Part shown: positions 33,495-43,417 of the stretch, one piece after another | How positions within the stretch are numbered: the first letter of the stretch is position 1 | Layout of the letters: each line of letters opens with the position of its first letter | Assembly (NCBI GenBank): GCA_945876945.1 | Contig: CAMCQE010000006.1 | Coordinates: 1 to 62,706 of the forward strand | Length of the DNA stretch: 62,706 bases | Reading direction: 5' to 3' | DNA from: Klebsiella pneumoniae | GTDB taxonomy: Bacteria > Pseudomonadota > Gammaproteobacteria > Ga0077536 | Made by a program: the position numbers and the translations under genes | Notes under the pieces: model-generated | The model's input: the letters and a program-made list of their open reading frames with translations, nothing else | What the model was told of the DNA's origin: nothing | Databases searched by the model: none

Positions 33495-34907
33495 TCAGGG
33501 CTCCATCCCCAGTTCCTTGATTTTGCGGGTCAAGGTATTGCGGCCCCAGCCCAACAGGCGGGCGGCATCGTGGCGACGGCCCTGCGTCTTGGCCAGCGCC
33601 ACGTTGATCATCAAACGCTCAAACCGGGGCACGGCCTCGTCGAGAATGGGCACCTGAGAGGTGCTCGCGTGATTGTCTGCCCAGCGCCGTAGCGCCACTT
33701 CCCAATCGCCGCTGTGGCTGATTTCAACCGGTGCTTCGGCGGTGAGCTCTTTCGGCAGGTCCGCCAGTTCGATGCTTTGCGATGGCGCCATGATGGTGAC
33801 CCGACGGCAGACGTTCTCCAGTTGCCGCACATTGCCCGGCCAGCCGAAGGCGCGAAACACGTCCAGCGCCGGTGCCGACAGCCGCTTCGGCTCCATATCC
33901 AGCTCCTGCGCGGTGGTGCGCAGGAAATGCTCGGCAAGTTCGGGAATGTCTTCAACCCGATCGCGCAGCGGCGGGAGCTGGAGCCGGATCACGTTGAGAC
34001 GGTGGAACAGATCTTCGCGGAACGAGCCCTCACGAACGCGCCGCTCAAGATCCTGATGGGTGGCGGCAATCACTCGCACATCGGCATGCACCGGATGGTG
34101 GCCACCGACGCGGTAGAAATCGCCTTCGGCGAGTACCCGCAGCAGACGGGTTTGGAGTTCCGCTGGCATGTCGCCAATTTCGTCCAGAAACAGGGTGCCG
34201 CCGTCGGCTTGTTCGAAACGCCCGACTCGCTGCCCGGTCGCGCCGGTAAACGAGCCCCGCTCGTGTCCGAAGAGTTCTGATTCAAGCAATTCCCGCGGAA
34301 TCGCGGCGGTATTGAGCGCAATAAACGGCTTGCCGGAGCGTGGGGAATGGCGGTGCAGGGCGCGCGCCACCAGTTCCTTGCCCGAGCCGGATTCGCCGGT
34401 GAGCAAGACCGTCATATTGGATTTGGACAGCCGACCAATCGCCCTGAACACTTCCTGCATCGCCGGCGCGCCGCCTATAAGGTTGGTCGACAGCTTGGGC
34501 GCTTCAATGACTGGCGGCGGCGGGGCGCCGTCTTCGAGCACTTTGGCCAAGGCGCGGCGCACGATCGCCACGGCTTCATCCACGTCAAAAGGCTTGGGCA
34601 GATATTCGAAGGCACCGCCCTGAAACGCGGCAACGGCGCGGTCAAGGTCGGCGTAGGCCGTCATCACAATCACCGGCATCTGGGGATAGGTCGCCTGCAC
34701 TTGCTCAAGAAAGGCGAGGCCGTCGGTACCGGGCATCCGGATGTCGGTGATGATGACCGCCGGCTTGTCGCGCTTGAGCCGCGCCAGCGCCTTGTCGGCG
34801 GTCTCAAAGGTATGCGCCAGCAACTGGGCCTGAGACAGCGCTTTTTCCAGAACCCATCGTATCGATCGATCGTCGTCGATCACCCAAATTTCGGGCTGCG
34901 TGCTCAT
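33495..34907 (-). CDS. glnG: Nitrogen regulation protein NR(I) NtrC
   Basis: DDDRSIRWVL, GESGSGKELVA, GSFTGA, DLFHRLNVI, LGWGRNTLTRK. Confidence 0.96.
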   Translation of the reverse strand: MSTQPEIWVIDDDRSIRWVLEKALSQAQLLAHTFETADKALARLKRDKPAVIITDIRMPGTDGLAFLEQVQATYPQMPVIVMTAYADLDRAVAAFQGGAFEYLPKPFDVDEAVAIVRRALAKVLEDGAPPPPVIEAPKLSTNLIGGAPAMQEVFRAIGRLSKSNMTVLLTGESGSGKELVARALHRHSPRSGKPFIALNTAAIPRELLESELFGHERGSFTGATGQRVGRFEQADGGTLFLDEIGDMPAELQTRLLRVLAEGDFYRVGGHHPVHADVRVIAATHQDLERRVREGSFREDLFHRLNVIRLQLPPLRDRVEDIPELAEHFLRTTAQELDMEPKRLSAPALDVFRAFGWPGNVRQLENVCRRVTIMAPSQSIELADLPKELTAEAPVEISHSGDWEVALRRWADNHASTSQVPILDEAVPRFERLMINVALAKTQGRRHDAARLLGWGRNTLTRKIKELGMEP

Positions 34908-35971
34908 TGCGCGCTCCTTATCGGTAGCCAAACAGTAAAGACGGTATTGCCCGGCACACTGGCGAAATCAATCAATCCGCCATGCCGGTTAATCAGCGAT
35001 TGGGCGATCGGCAAGCCCAGACCAGAGCCTTCATCGCGGCCCGACACCATGGGAAAGAAAATGCTGTCCGCGATCTCAGCCGGCACGCCCGGACCGTCGT
35101 CAATCACCTCTAGCCTGAGCACCAGCCGATGCAGCACGGTGCCAATCGTGAACTTGCGCTGGGCGCGGCTCCGCAAGGTGACATTGCCACCGCGTTCCCG
35201 CACGGCCTGCACCGCGTTGCGGACGAGATTCAGCAGGGCCTGCACCAGCAAATCGCGGTCCGCGAAGACTTCCGGCAGGCTGGGGTCGTAATCGCGGTGA
35301 ATCGCCACGCTCGGCGGCGCCTCGATCGCAACGACCTGGCGCACATGCTCCAGCACCTCGTGGATATTGAATTCGGCCGCGGTCATGTGCCCGCGCGGCC
35401 CCAGCATACGGTCCACGAGCTTCCGCAGCCGGTCGACTTCATGAATGATGATTTGGGTGAATTCACGCTGCTCTGGCGTGCTCAACTCGCGCTCCAGCAA
35501 CTGAGCGGCGCCGCGAATGCCGCCTAGCGGGTTTTTCACCTCGTGTGCGAGGCCCCGCATCAGCGCGCTGCTGATCTGGTTCTGCACCAGTTTGTTTTCC
35601 TCAGCCTGAATACGCTGATGGCGTTCCGTGCTCGCGAGTTCGATGACCACCGTCTGCCCGGCGCCAAACAGGGCCGGACCCGGCGACACCGTGCAGTCAA
35701 CGTGCAAGCGTTCGCGATTCGGTCGAGTGAGAGGCATGTCCCGCTCGGTAAACGAACGGAGATTGGCCGCAGCCTCGCGCACGGCCTGCACAAAGTTTTC
35801 GTTATCGGGGAACAGTCGATTAATCGACATGCCGCGCAGCTTGAACACGCTCATCGCAACCAGACTCTCGGCCGCAGAATTTGCCTCGAGGATGTTGAGA
35901 GACGGGTCCAGTTGAATCACCCCGGTGGCGATCTGATTCAGGACAGCGCGGGCATCTTGCTCTGTAAACAT
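34904..35971 (-). CDS. glnL: Nitrogen regulation kinase NR(II) NtrB
   Basis: PAS domain, GLAHEVKNPLGGIRGAAQLL, RDYDPSLP, GSGLGL. Confidence 0.95.
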   Translation of the reverse strand: MFTEQDARAVLNQIATGVIQLDPSLNILEANSAAESLVAMSVFKLRGMSINRLFPDNENFVQAVREAAANLRSFTERDMPLTRPNRERLHVDCTVSPGPALFGAGQTVVIELASTERHQRIQAEENKLVQNQISSALMRGLAHEVKNPLGGIRGAAQLLERELSTPEQREFTQIIIHEVDRLRKLVDRMLGPRGHMTAAEFNIHEVLEHVRQVVAIEAPPSVAIHRDYDPSLPEVFADRDLLVQALLNLVRNAVQAVRERGGNVTLRSRAQRKFTIGTVLHRLVLRLEVIDDGPGVPAEIADSIFFPMVSGRDEGSGLGLPIAQSLINRHGGLIDFASVPGNTVFTVWLPIRSAQ

Positions 35972-35988
35972 GCGTTCTCGAATCGTCA

Positions 35989-36005
35989 TGCGCGAATATG
36001 GTGCA
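35989..36005. promoter_or_regulatory. NtrC-binding site upstream of ntrB
   Basis: Minus strand TGCACCATATTCGCGCA versus consensus TGCACCAnnnTGGTGCA. Confidence 0.7.
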
Positions 36006-36161
36006 GTGTAGCCGGAGCAACACCCGCGTTGTTTTGTGGGAATCACGAAACTGGTTAACACCCAAGCGCTTATCCTGACGAGTGTCGGTCACCCTACAGC
36101 GCCTTGCCGGATCAGTTTCAGTCAGCGATGCCACTGCAAGAATTGGCCCAACAGAGCGGGA

Positions 36162-36710
36162 CTACTTTTGGGGCTTGGGCTTGGGTTTCGGCCTGACCAC
36201 AAACCGGCGAAGCAGATGGAAGCTCACGCTCGGGGAGGATTCGACTGTGCGCCCTGCCTGATCGAGCACCACCGCCTGCAGGCTGTGCGTGCCCCGATCG
36301 ACGTTGTGCAGCTGGAAGACCGTGCTCACGCCGGGCGCGGTTGCTGCTTGCCCATCCAGGGTCACCACCAATCGGTGACCTTGTTCAACCTGCAGGAACG
36401 GCAGGATTTCAACGCTCACGCTCACCAAGCCTGTGTTGTCCCGCAGGGCGCCGTCATCTGGTGGTTCAGTAATTTTCAGCGAGGAATAAGTTGGCTCCAA
36501 GGGGCTCAAGGGAATCGCAGGGCGAGTGCTAGACAGTCTGGCGGCGTCACCCCCCGGCATCGTGGAGGGCGCAGGCACAGTAATCTTTTCGGCCTGCGGA
36601 GTCGCGCGGTCGGAAAACTCAACGCCGTTACCCTGATCGGCCTGCCGATAGACGTCGCGCGCGGACGCCAGGCACGGGCCAATCAACAGGAGAAGAACAA
36701 GCGCTCGCAT
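36162..36710 (-). CDS. Exported DUF4124-domain protein with C-terminal Ig-like domain
   Basis: Signal peptide; VYRQADQGNGVEFSDR; YSSLKITEP...RDNTG; NVDRGTHSL; usual between glnA and ntrB. Confidence 0.78.
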   Translation of the reverse strand: MRALVLLLLIGPCLASARDVYRQADQGNGVEFSDRATPQAEKITVPAPSTMPGGDAARLSSTRPAIPLSPLEPTYSSLKITEPPDDGALRDNTGLVSVSVEILPFLQVEQGHRLVVTLDGQAATAPGVSTVFQLHNVDRGTHSLQAVVLDQAGRTVESSPSVSFHLLRRFVVRPKPKPKPQK

Positions 36711-36767
36711 GACATGAGGGTAGAGAACGCGAACCCGGCCCACAACCGACGGGGCGCAAGCTTGCCC

Positions 36768-36795
36768 AAAAAAAACCCCCGCTGATGCGGGGGTT
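36768..36795 (-). terminator. Rho-independent terminator of glnA
   Basis: Minus strand AACCCCCGC-atca-GCGGGGG followed by T8. Confidence 0.85.
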
Positions 36796-36817
36796 CTTCC
36801 AGGCTCAACGCCAGCGC

Positions 36818-38227
36818 TTAGACGCTGTAGTACATCTCGAACTCGAGCGGGTGCGGGGTCATCCGGAAACGGGTGACTTCCTGCATCTTCAGTTCAATGT
36901 AGGCGTCGATGGTGTCGTCCGTGAACACGCCACCGGCCTTCAGGAACTCGCGATCCGCATCCAGATTTTCCAGCGCCTGTTCGAGCGCATGGCAAACCGT
37001 CGGGATGTGCTTGGCTTCTTCCGGCTCCAGATCGTAGAGGTCCTTGTCCGCCGGCGCGCCGGGGTCGATCTTGTTTTTGATGCCGTCGAGGCCAGCCATC
37101 ATCATCGCCGTGAAGGCGAAGTACGGATTGGCAGTGGAGTCCGGGAAGCGCACTTCGATGCGGCGACCCTTCGGGCTGGAAACCCACGGTATACGAATCG
37201 AGGCAGACCGGTTACGCGCCGAGTAGGCCAGCATGATCGGGGCTTCGAAGCCTGGCACCAGACGCTTGTAGCTGTTCGTGCTGGCGTTGGTGAAGGCGTT
37301 CAGGGCGCGCGCATGCTTGATGATGCCGCCGATATAGTGAAGCGCCGTTTCGGACAGACCGCCGTAGCCGTCGCCCGCAAACAGGTTCACGCCACCTTTG
37401 GCCAGCGACTGATGCACGTGCATCCCGTTGCCGTTGTCGCCCACCAGCGGCTTCGGCATGAAGGTCGCCGTCTTGCCGAAGCTGTGCGCCACGTTGTGCA
37501 CCACGTATTTCAGGATCTGGAGGGAGTCAGCGCGCTTCACAAGAGTGTCGAACCGGGTGCCGATTTCGCACTGGCCGGCGGTCGCCACTTCGTGGTGATG
37601 CACTTCGACGGGCAGGCCCATCTGCTCAAGCACGTTGCACATGGCGGAACGCAGGTCCTGCAGGGAATCGACCGGCGGCACGGGGAAGTAACCACCCTTG
37701 ATGCCCGGACGGTGACCCGGATTACCGCCTTCCATCTTCTTGCTGGAGCTCCAGTAGCCTTCGTCGGAATCGATTTCGTAGAAGCCGCCGCGCATTTCCT
37801 GCGAGTAGCGAACGTCGTCGAAAACAAAGAATTCGGGTTCGGGACCGAAGAAAGCGGTGTCGGCAATGCCGGACGCCTTCAGGTAAGCCTCAGCGCGCTT
37901 GGCGATCGAACGCGGGTCGCGCTCGTAGCCCTGACCGGTGGCGGGTTCGATGATGTCGCACCGGATGATCATCGTTTTGTCGTCGAAGAACGGATCCAGC
38001 ACCGCGGTGGTGGCGTCCGGCATCAGGATCATGTCGGACTCCTGAATGCCCTTCCAGCCGGCGATCGAAGAGCCATCGAACATTTTGCCGTCTTCGAAGG
38101 TCTCGGCTTCGACCTGATGATAGGGCACGGTCACGTGCTGCTCTTTACCGCGCGTATCAGTGAATCGGAAGTCAACGTATTTGACGTCCTCATCCTTGAT
38201 AGTCTTCAGAATACTGTCTACGGACAT
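36818..38227 (-). CDS. glnA: Glutamine synthetase type I
   Basis: [49 protein letters not shown], adenylylation DKDLYD. Confidence 0.99.
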   Translation of the reverse strand: MSVDSILKTIKDEDVKYVDFRFTDTRGKEQHVTVPYHQVEAETFEDGKMFDGSSIAGWKGIQESDMILMPDATTAVLDPFFDDKTMIIRCDIIEPATGQGYERDPRSIAKRAEAYLKASGIADTAFFGPEPEFFVFDDVRYSQEMRGGFYEIDSDEGYWSSSKKMEGGNPGHRPGIKGGYFPVPPVDSLQDLRSAMCNVLEQMGLPVEVHHHEVATAGQCEIGTRFDTLVKRADSLQILKYVVHNVAHSFGKTATFMPKPLVGDNGNGMHVHQSLAKGGVNLFAGDGYGGLSETALHYIGGIIKHARALNAFTNASTNSYKRLVPGFEAPIMLAYSARNRSASIRIPWVSSPKGRRIEVRFPDSTANPYFAFTAMMMAGLDGIKNKIDPGAPADKDLYDLEPEEAKHIPTVCHALEQALENLDADREFLKAGGVFTDDTIDAYIELKMQEVTRFRMTPHPLEFEMYYSV

Positions 38228-38391
38228 GATTTCCTCCAGGCCATGGCTTGCTGAGTTTCGGCCCCTGCTAGTGGATAGACGCGTGCACTCAGGGCTGTTC
38301 AGTGCACGCTTCGGTGTCGCTACAAAAAAGAGCGGCGATTCTTGGCGGGTGGCCAGGAGAACCGTCGGCATAAGGCCGGCGGGTTCCAGTC

Positions 38392-38407
38392 AGCACAAGC
38401 TGTGCCA
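38392..38407 (-). promoter_or_regulatory. Sigma54 (-24/-12) promoter of glnA
   Basis: Minus strand TGGCACagcttGTGCT with GG-N10-GC spacing. Confidence 0.75.
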
Positions 38408-38411
38408 CCAC

Positions 38412-38424
38412 TAACTTATTGTTT
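38412..38424 (-). promoter_or_regulatory. IHF-like site just upstream of the sigma54 promoter
   Basis: AAACAAtaagTTA versus WATCAAnnnnTTR (one mismatch). Confidence 0.5.
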
Positions 38425-38493
38425 TGCTTCGAGTGCAAGCTTAATCCGCGGCCTCGCCGTCCCAATCTAGCGCATGAACTCGATTAGCGCGGA

Positions 38494-39765
38494 TTATTTT
38501 GGATCATCCGGCAACAGACGCTCAGTGGCAAACAGGTCTTCAATGCGTTCTCTCGGACGCGCCAGATGGACCGCTGTGCCATCCACCAGAACTTCCGGTG
38601 GACGGGGACGCGCATTGTAGTTGGAGGCCATCGCGTAGCCATAGGCACCCGCACACATGATGGCAAGCAGACCGCCCTCCTGTAATCGGAGAGGACGGTC
38701 CGAGGCAAGAAAATCACCGCTCTCGCAAACCGGCCCCACAATCTCATAACGATGCTCGGGCTGCTGGGCCGCTTCCGCACTTACAGTTTGCACATCGTGC
38801 CAGGCCTCATAGAGCGCGGGGCGAATCAGTTCCGTCATCGCCGCATCGCAGATCGCGAAGCGCCGCGCGGGCGTCGTTTTCAGGTATTCGACCGTGCTTA
38901 GCAGCACGCCGGCCGCACCACAAATGGAGCGCCCTGGCTCAATACAGATTTCGTAGGTGTCCGGAATTGTCCGGCATAAGACCGCCACATAATCCTCGAT
39001 CGAAGGCGGTGTTTCGTCCTTGTAACGAATCCCCAAGCCACCGCCGGCATCGATATGCGAGAGCGTAATCCCGTCGGCCGCGAGGGCTCTCACGAGGGCC
39101 ATTACCCGAGTCATTGCGTCCTCAAACGGCGCAAGGTCGGTCAATTGCGACCCGATATGGCAAGCCACACCGGTCACTTCGAGATTGGGCAAACTTGCGG
39201 CGCGACGATACAGCGCCAGGGCCTCGGACATCGGCACGCCAAACTTGTTTTCGTTTAGACCCGTGGAGATGTACGGATGCGTATGCGCATCCACATCGGG
39301 ATTCACCCGAATCGCAACCCGGGCGCGCAGGCCAAGCCCGCCCGCCACCTGATTCAGTCGCTCCATTTCGTCTGGCGATTCAAGATTGAACACACCAATC
39401 CCGGCGCGAAGCGCGGCGTCGAGTTCGGCCGCCGACTTGCCCACTCCCGAGAAGACGATCTTTCGGGCTTCGCCACCTGCCGCCAGCACGCGGGCAAGTT
39501 CTCCACCAGAGACAATATCGAAGCCACTGCCGAGGCGCGCCAGCGTGTTCAAGACAGCCAGATTGCCGTTGGCCTTTACCGCGTAATGCACCTGATGACG
39601 GCGCTGACCAAAAGCTTGGTCATAGCGCAGCCAGACCGAATCAAGTGCGGCCCGTGAATACACATAGCACGGCGTGCCAAACGACTTGGCGATAGCGCTG
39701 AGCGGCACTTTCTCAATGAAGAGCTCGCCCTCCACGCGGTGAAAAAACTCGGTCGAGTGGGTCAT
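38494..39765 (-). CDS. lysA: Diaminopimelate decarboxylase
   Basis: GTPCYVYS, YAVKAN, FDIVSGGE, HIGSQ, EPGRS, GPVCESGD, SNYNARPR. Confidence 0.97.
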   Translation of the reverse strand: MTHSTEFFHRVEGELFIEKVPLSAIAKSFGTPCYVYSRAALDSVWLRYDQAFGQRRHQVHYAVKANGNLAVLNTLARLGSGFDIVSGGELARVLAAGGEARKIVFSGVGKSAAELDAALRAGIGVFNLESPDEMERLNQVAGGLGLRARVAIRVNPDVDAHTHPYISTGLNENKFGVPMSEALALYRRAASLPNLEVTGVACHIGSQLTDLAPFEDAMTRVMALVRALAADGITLSHIDAGGGLGIRYKDETPPSIEDYVAVLCRTIPDTYEICIEPGRSICGAAGVLLSTVEYLKTTPARRFAICDAAMTELIRPALYEAWHDVQTVSAEAAQQPEHRYEIVGPVCESGDFLASDRPLRLQEGGLLAIMCAGAYGYAMASNYNARPRPPEVLVDGTAVHLARPRERIEDLFATERLLPDDPK

Positions 39766-39799
39766 GTTTGTCTCTGGTCGGGATATCAGGAAGAGCGGG

Positions 39800-39943
39800 T
39801 CATTTGGCCGGCGTTGCTGGTTTGGCATCCGGCAGATAGAGATCACCCTTCTGGCCACAGGCCGTTTGAGTGAGGCTTACCAAGGTCAGCAGGGCGATGA
39901 GTGCCAGCGCACTACGCTTGCTTTCGCGCCGACGTTCGTTCAA
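39800..39943 (-). CDS. lptM: Small lipoprotein LptM (YifL/LppL family)
   Basis: Lipobox and [11 protein letters not shown] motif, upstream of lysA; start uncertain (TTG 39943 or ATG 39982). Confidence 0.8.
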   Translation of the reverse strand: MNERRRESKRSALALIALLTLVSLTQTACGQKGDLYLPDAKPATPAK

Positions 39944-39980
39944 CAATCCGGACGAATATTCAACGGAGAATCGGTGGTTC

Positions 39981-40310
39981 ATGAGCAGCCCTAATATTGT
40001 TTACGTGAGTGACAGCTCATTCGAACAGGATGTCCTTAATGCGAGCAAGCCCGTACTAGTCGATTACTGGGCGGAGTGGTGTGGCCCGTGCCGCATGATT
40101 GCCCCCATTCTAGACGAGGTCTCGACCGAGTATAACGACCGCCTCACGGTGGCCAAACTTGATGTCGACGCTAACCAAAGCACCTCGGTGAAATACGGCA
40201 TCCGTGGCGTTCCGACGCTGATGTTGTTCAAAGACGGCAACGTGGTCGCCACCCATGTTGGCGCGCTGACCAAATCACAACTCACGGCGTTCATCGACAG
40301 CAATACCTGA
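39981..40310 (+). CDS. trxA: Thioredoxin 1
   Basis: WAEWCGPC; precedes rho. Confidence 0.97.
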   Translation: MSSPNIVYVSDSSFEQDVLNASKPVLVDYWAEWCGPCRMIAPILDEVSTEYNDRLTVAKLDVDANQSTSVKYGIRGVPTLMLFKDGNVVATHVGALTKSQLTAFIDSNT

Positions 40311-40328
40311 GCGGTGCGGTGCAGTGGC

Positions 40329-40359
40329 TCCGTCCCTGTGGCGATCAAGCAGGGACGGA
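40329..40359. terminator. Hairpin after trxA
   Basis: TCCGTCCCTG / CAGGGACGGA 10-bp stem; lacks a plus-strand U-tract. Confidence 0.5.
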
Positions 40360-40367
40360 AAATCGCC

Positions 40368-40396
40368 TAGACGACTCCACTGCACCGTGATATTTT
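40368..40396 (+). promoter_or_regulatory. Sigma70 promoter of rho
   Basis: TAGACG-N17-TATTTT with TGn extension. Confidence 0.5.
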
Positions 40397-40505
40397 TCGA
40401 CCGCATCACCTGAGTCGCCGTTCCAGGCAACTCGAATTACCCGGCCACTCCTTCCCCTCGCGCACCATCCTCTGGTCGCGCCATCAACTTGTAATCCAAA
40501 CATCA

Positions 40506-41762
40506 ATGAATCTGACCGAACTGAAGCAGAAACCCGCCGCTGAGATCATTTCCATCGCTGATGAACTGGGCATCGAAAACGTCGCCCGCTCACGCAAGCA
40601 AGACGTGATTTTCAGCATTCTCAAAGCACAGGCCAAAAAAGGCGAAGACATTTCCGGCGACGGCGTCCTTGAAATTCTCCAGGACGGCTTTGGATTTCTC
40701 CGCTCGGGCGATGGTTCCTATCTCGCTGGCCCCGACGACATCTACGTCTCACCAAGCCAGATTCGCCGCTTCAATCTGCGGACTGGCGACACCATCTCCG
40801 GCAAGATTCGCCCGCCCAAAGATGGCGAACGTTATTTCGCGCTGCTCAAAGTCAGCGACATCAACTTCGAACCGCCCGAGAACGCCAAGAATAAGGTGCT
40901 GTTCGAAAACCTCACGCCGCTGTTCGCCAACAAGCGACTGAATCTGGAACTCGGCAACGGCAGCACCGAAGACCTTACGCCGCGCGTCATTGACCTCGTG
41001 GCGCCAATCGGCAAAGGCCAGCGCGGACTGATCATCTCGCCGCCGAAAGCCGGTAAAACCATGATGCTCCAGAGCATCGCCCACTCGGTGGCGGCCAATC
41101 ACCCCGAGTGCTATCTCATTGTGTTGCTCATCGACGAACGTCCGGAAGAAGTGACCGAAATGCAGCGCTCCGTGCGCGGCGAAGTGATCGCGAGCACCTT
41201 CGACGAACCCGCCAGCCGCCACGTGCAGGTGGCCGAAATGGTGATCGACAAGGCGAAGCGCCTCGTCGAGCACAAGCGCGACGTGGTGATTCTGCTCGAC
41301 TCCATCACCCGTCTGGCACGCGCCTACAACACCGTGGTCCCGGCCTCGGGCAAGGTGTTGACCGGTGGTGTGGACGCCAACGCCCTACAGCGTCCCAAGC
41401 GCTTCTTCGGCGCGGCGCGCAACATCGAAGAAGGCGGCAGTCTCACGATTATGGCCACCGCGCTGATCGACACCGGTTCGCGCATGGACGACGTGATCTA
41501 CGAAGAGTTCAAAGGCACCGGCAATATGGAAGTTCACCTTGACCGCAAGATCGCCGAGAAGCGCATCTTCCCGGCGGTGAACATCAATCGCTCGGGCACC
41601 CGCCGCGAAGAACTGCTCACGCATCCGGACGAACTGCAGAAGATGTGGATCCTCCGCAAACTGCTGCATCCGATGGAAGAAATCGCGGCGATGGAATTCC
41701 TGCTGGAGCGCCTGAAAGCCACCAAGAACAACGGTGACTTCTTCGACTCCATGAAGCGCTAA
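40506..41762 (+). CDS. rho: Transcription termination factor Rho
   Basis: [41 protein letters not shown]. Confidence 0.99.
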   Translation: MNLTELKQKPAAEIISIADELGIENVARSRKQDVIFSILKAQAKKGEDISGDGVLEILQDGFGFLRSGDGSYLAGPDDIYVSPSQIRRFNLRTGDTISGKIRPPKDGERYFALLKVSDINFEPPENAKNKVLFENLTPLFANKRLNLELGNGSTEDLTPRVIDLVAPIGKGQRGLIISPPKAGKTMMLQSIAHSVAANHPECYLIVLLIDERPEEVTEMQRSVRGEVIASTFDEPASRHVQVAEMVIDKAKRLVEHKRDVVILLDSITRLARAYNTVVPASGKVLTGGVDANALQRPKRFFGAARNIEEGGSLTIMATALIDTGSRMDDVIYEEFKGTGNMEVHLDRKIAEKRIFPAVNINRSGTRREELLTHPDELQKMWILRKLLHPMEEIAAMEFLLERLKATKNNGDFFDSMKR

Positions 41763-41771
41763 GCGCTGTCT

Positions 41772-41801
41772 GCGCCCGTTGCCCCAAGCGGCAACGGGCG
41801 C
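41772..41801. terminator. Hairpin between convergent rho and HIT genes
   Basis: GCGCCCGTTGCC-ccaagc-GGCAACGGGCGC 12-bp stem. Confidence 0.7.
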
Positions 41802-41820
41802 TTCGTCTTCTATGCCGGGC

Positions 41821-42165
41821 TTAACCCGGTGGCCAATCGAACGACCGTCCCGCCAGCACGTGCACGTGCAGGTGGAACACCGTCTGCCCCGCATCCGCGC
41901 CGTTATTCACTGCCAGCCGAAAGGCGTCCCCGTGCCCGTTCCGTCGCGCGACTTCACCGGCCGCCAGCAAGAGTTGCCCTAATAGCAATGCGTCTTCCGC
42001 GCTGGCGTCGGCCACTTTGGCAATGGGTTTACGGGGCACGACCAAGGCATGGAACGGCGCCTGGGGATTGATGTCGGCGAAGGCAATGCAATGTTCGTCT
42101 TCGTATAAAATCTGGGCCGGAATTTCTCTGTCGATAATTCGGGTGAACAGGGTTTTATCGCTCAT
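41821..42165 (-). CDS. hinT: Histidine triad nucleotide-binding protein
   Basis: FADINPQAP, GQTVFHLHVHVLAGR, WPPG. Confidence 0.93.
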   Translation of the reverse strand: MSDKTLFTRIIDREIPAQILYEDEHCIAFADINPQAPFHALVVPRKPIAKVADASAEDALLLGQLLLAAGEVARRNGHGDAFRLAVNNGADAGQTVFHLHVHVLAGRSFDWPPG

Positions 42166-42200
42166 GGGTGCTCCGCTATTGAGGCTATCAAGGCGCCCGC

Positions 42201-42773
42201 TCAGCGCGGACGGCGTGGCAGAAATTCGGCGCGCCGCTCGCCGTGGACAATATCGCCAAGGTGCGTGCCGAACGCAGCGCGGCGGCGGTCCTCGAAAAAC
42301 AGCTCAAGCGTGTGCGTAATGGTGGGGAACGCGAGTTCTTTCCAGGGGATCTCGTGTTCATGAAAGAGGCCACACTCAAGGCTTTCGGTGCCCGGACCAA
42401 AATCGAGGTCGAGCAGTTTTGAGCGGAACATCATGTACACCTGATTGGTATGCGGAATGTTCATCACGGTATAGAGACTGAGAATTTCCACCCGCGCGTT
42501 GGCTTCTTCCAAAGTTTCACGCTCGGCGGCTTCGGGCGTGGTTTCGCCGTTTTCCATAAAGCCGGCAGGTAAGGTCCAGTAGCCGTAACGCGGCGCGATC
42601 GCGCGCTTGCACAGCAAAATCTGCTCGCCCCATTCAGGAATCGCACCCACCACAATCTTGGGGTTCTCGTAATAGATTTCGTTGCACTGCTTGCAGATAT
42701 GGCGCGGACGATTGTCCCCGTCCGGCACCTGCCAGTTCATCTCACCCGCGCCGCATTGACTACAGAATTTCAT
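42201..42773 (-). CDS. Nudix hydrolase with N-terminal zinc ribbon
   Basis: MKFCSQCG...CKQC, YENPK, GFMENGETTPEAAERETLEEA Nudix box. Confidence 0.92.
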   Translation of the reverse strand: MKFCSQCGAGEMNWQVPDGDNRPRHICKQCNEIYYENPKIVVGAIPEWGEQILLCKRAIAPRYGYWTLPAGFMENGETTPEAAERETLEEANARVEILSLYTVMNIPHTNQVYMMFRSKLLDLDFGPGTESLECGLFHEHEIPWKELAFPTITHTLELFFEDRRRAAFGTHLGDIVHGERRAEFLPRRPR

Positions 42774-43417
42774 GGTGTCCCCTGTGAGGTTTGCGCAAGC
42801 ACCGGAGCCAGCGTGGACCACACCGCGTCCAGCATGAGCCCTTGCGCCTCAGCTTTGGGGTGAAGTCCGTCTGCCTGCATCAGCGCAGGATTCAGTGCAA
42901 CGTCTTTCAGAAAAAACGGGGTTAATGATACACGCCCAAACTCGCCGGGCAGCGCCTCATAAACTTGCGCAAATCCAGTCGCATAGGCGGGGCCGTAGTT
43001 AGGAGGCATCCGCATCGGAATGAGCACTACCGATGCGTCGATGCGGCGGCTCGCAGAAACGATAGCCCGCAGGTTGGTCTTCATCTCCTGAAGCGGCAGA
43101 CCCCGCAGGCCATCGTTGGCGCCTAGTTCGACTACCACCACGCGGGGCTGATGGGCTTCGAGTAGTGCGGGCAACCGACTGAGGCCACCGGAGGTCGTCT
43201 CGCCGCTCACGCTCGCGTTGACGATACGCGCGGCATAACCCAGGCTCTGGACACGTGCTTGCAGCAGATCAGGCCATGCTTCACCGGCGCGCAGCCCATA
43301 GCCCGCGCTCAGGCTGTCGCCCAGAATTAACACTACCAGCGGAGTTTCTGCAGCCGACACCGGCCTGCCCGCAAGCAGGCCGACCAGCACAATCATCATG
43401 ACCAACGCCATTCTCAT
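42770..43417 (-). CDS. tesA: Arylesterase/acyl-CoA thioesterase I (SGNH)
   Basis: LGDSLSAGYG, NASVSGETT, ELGANDGLRG, DGLHP; signal peptide; start uncertain. Confidence 0.92.
   Translation of the reverse strand: MRMALVMMIVLVGLLAGRPVSAAETPLVVLILGDSLSAGYGLRAGEAWPDLLQARVQSLGYAARIVNASVSGETTSGGLSRLPALLEAHQPRVVVVELGANDGLRGLPLQEMKTNLRAIVSASRRIDASVVLIPMRMPPNYGPAYATGFAQVYEALPGEFGRVSLTPFFLKDVALNPALMQADGLHPKAEAQGLMLDAVWSTLAPVLAQTSQGTP

Noticed and set aside
36785-38254. 489-aa ORF antisense to glnA, and similar ORFs opposite cca (552 aa), ntrC and gldA
   Set aside because: Mirror frames of highly biased genes, with no independent coding evidence.
41864-41879. parS-like sequence ending GTGGAACA
   Set aside because: Only one half matches, and it is explained by the codons of the HIT FHLHVH motif.
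43398-43417. Head-to-head overlap of tesA and ybbA
   Set aside because: The same divergent overlapping arrangement is known from E. coli.
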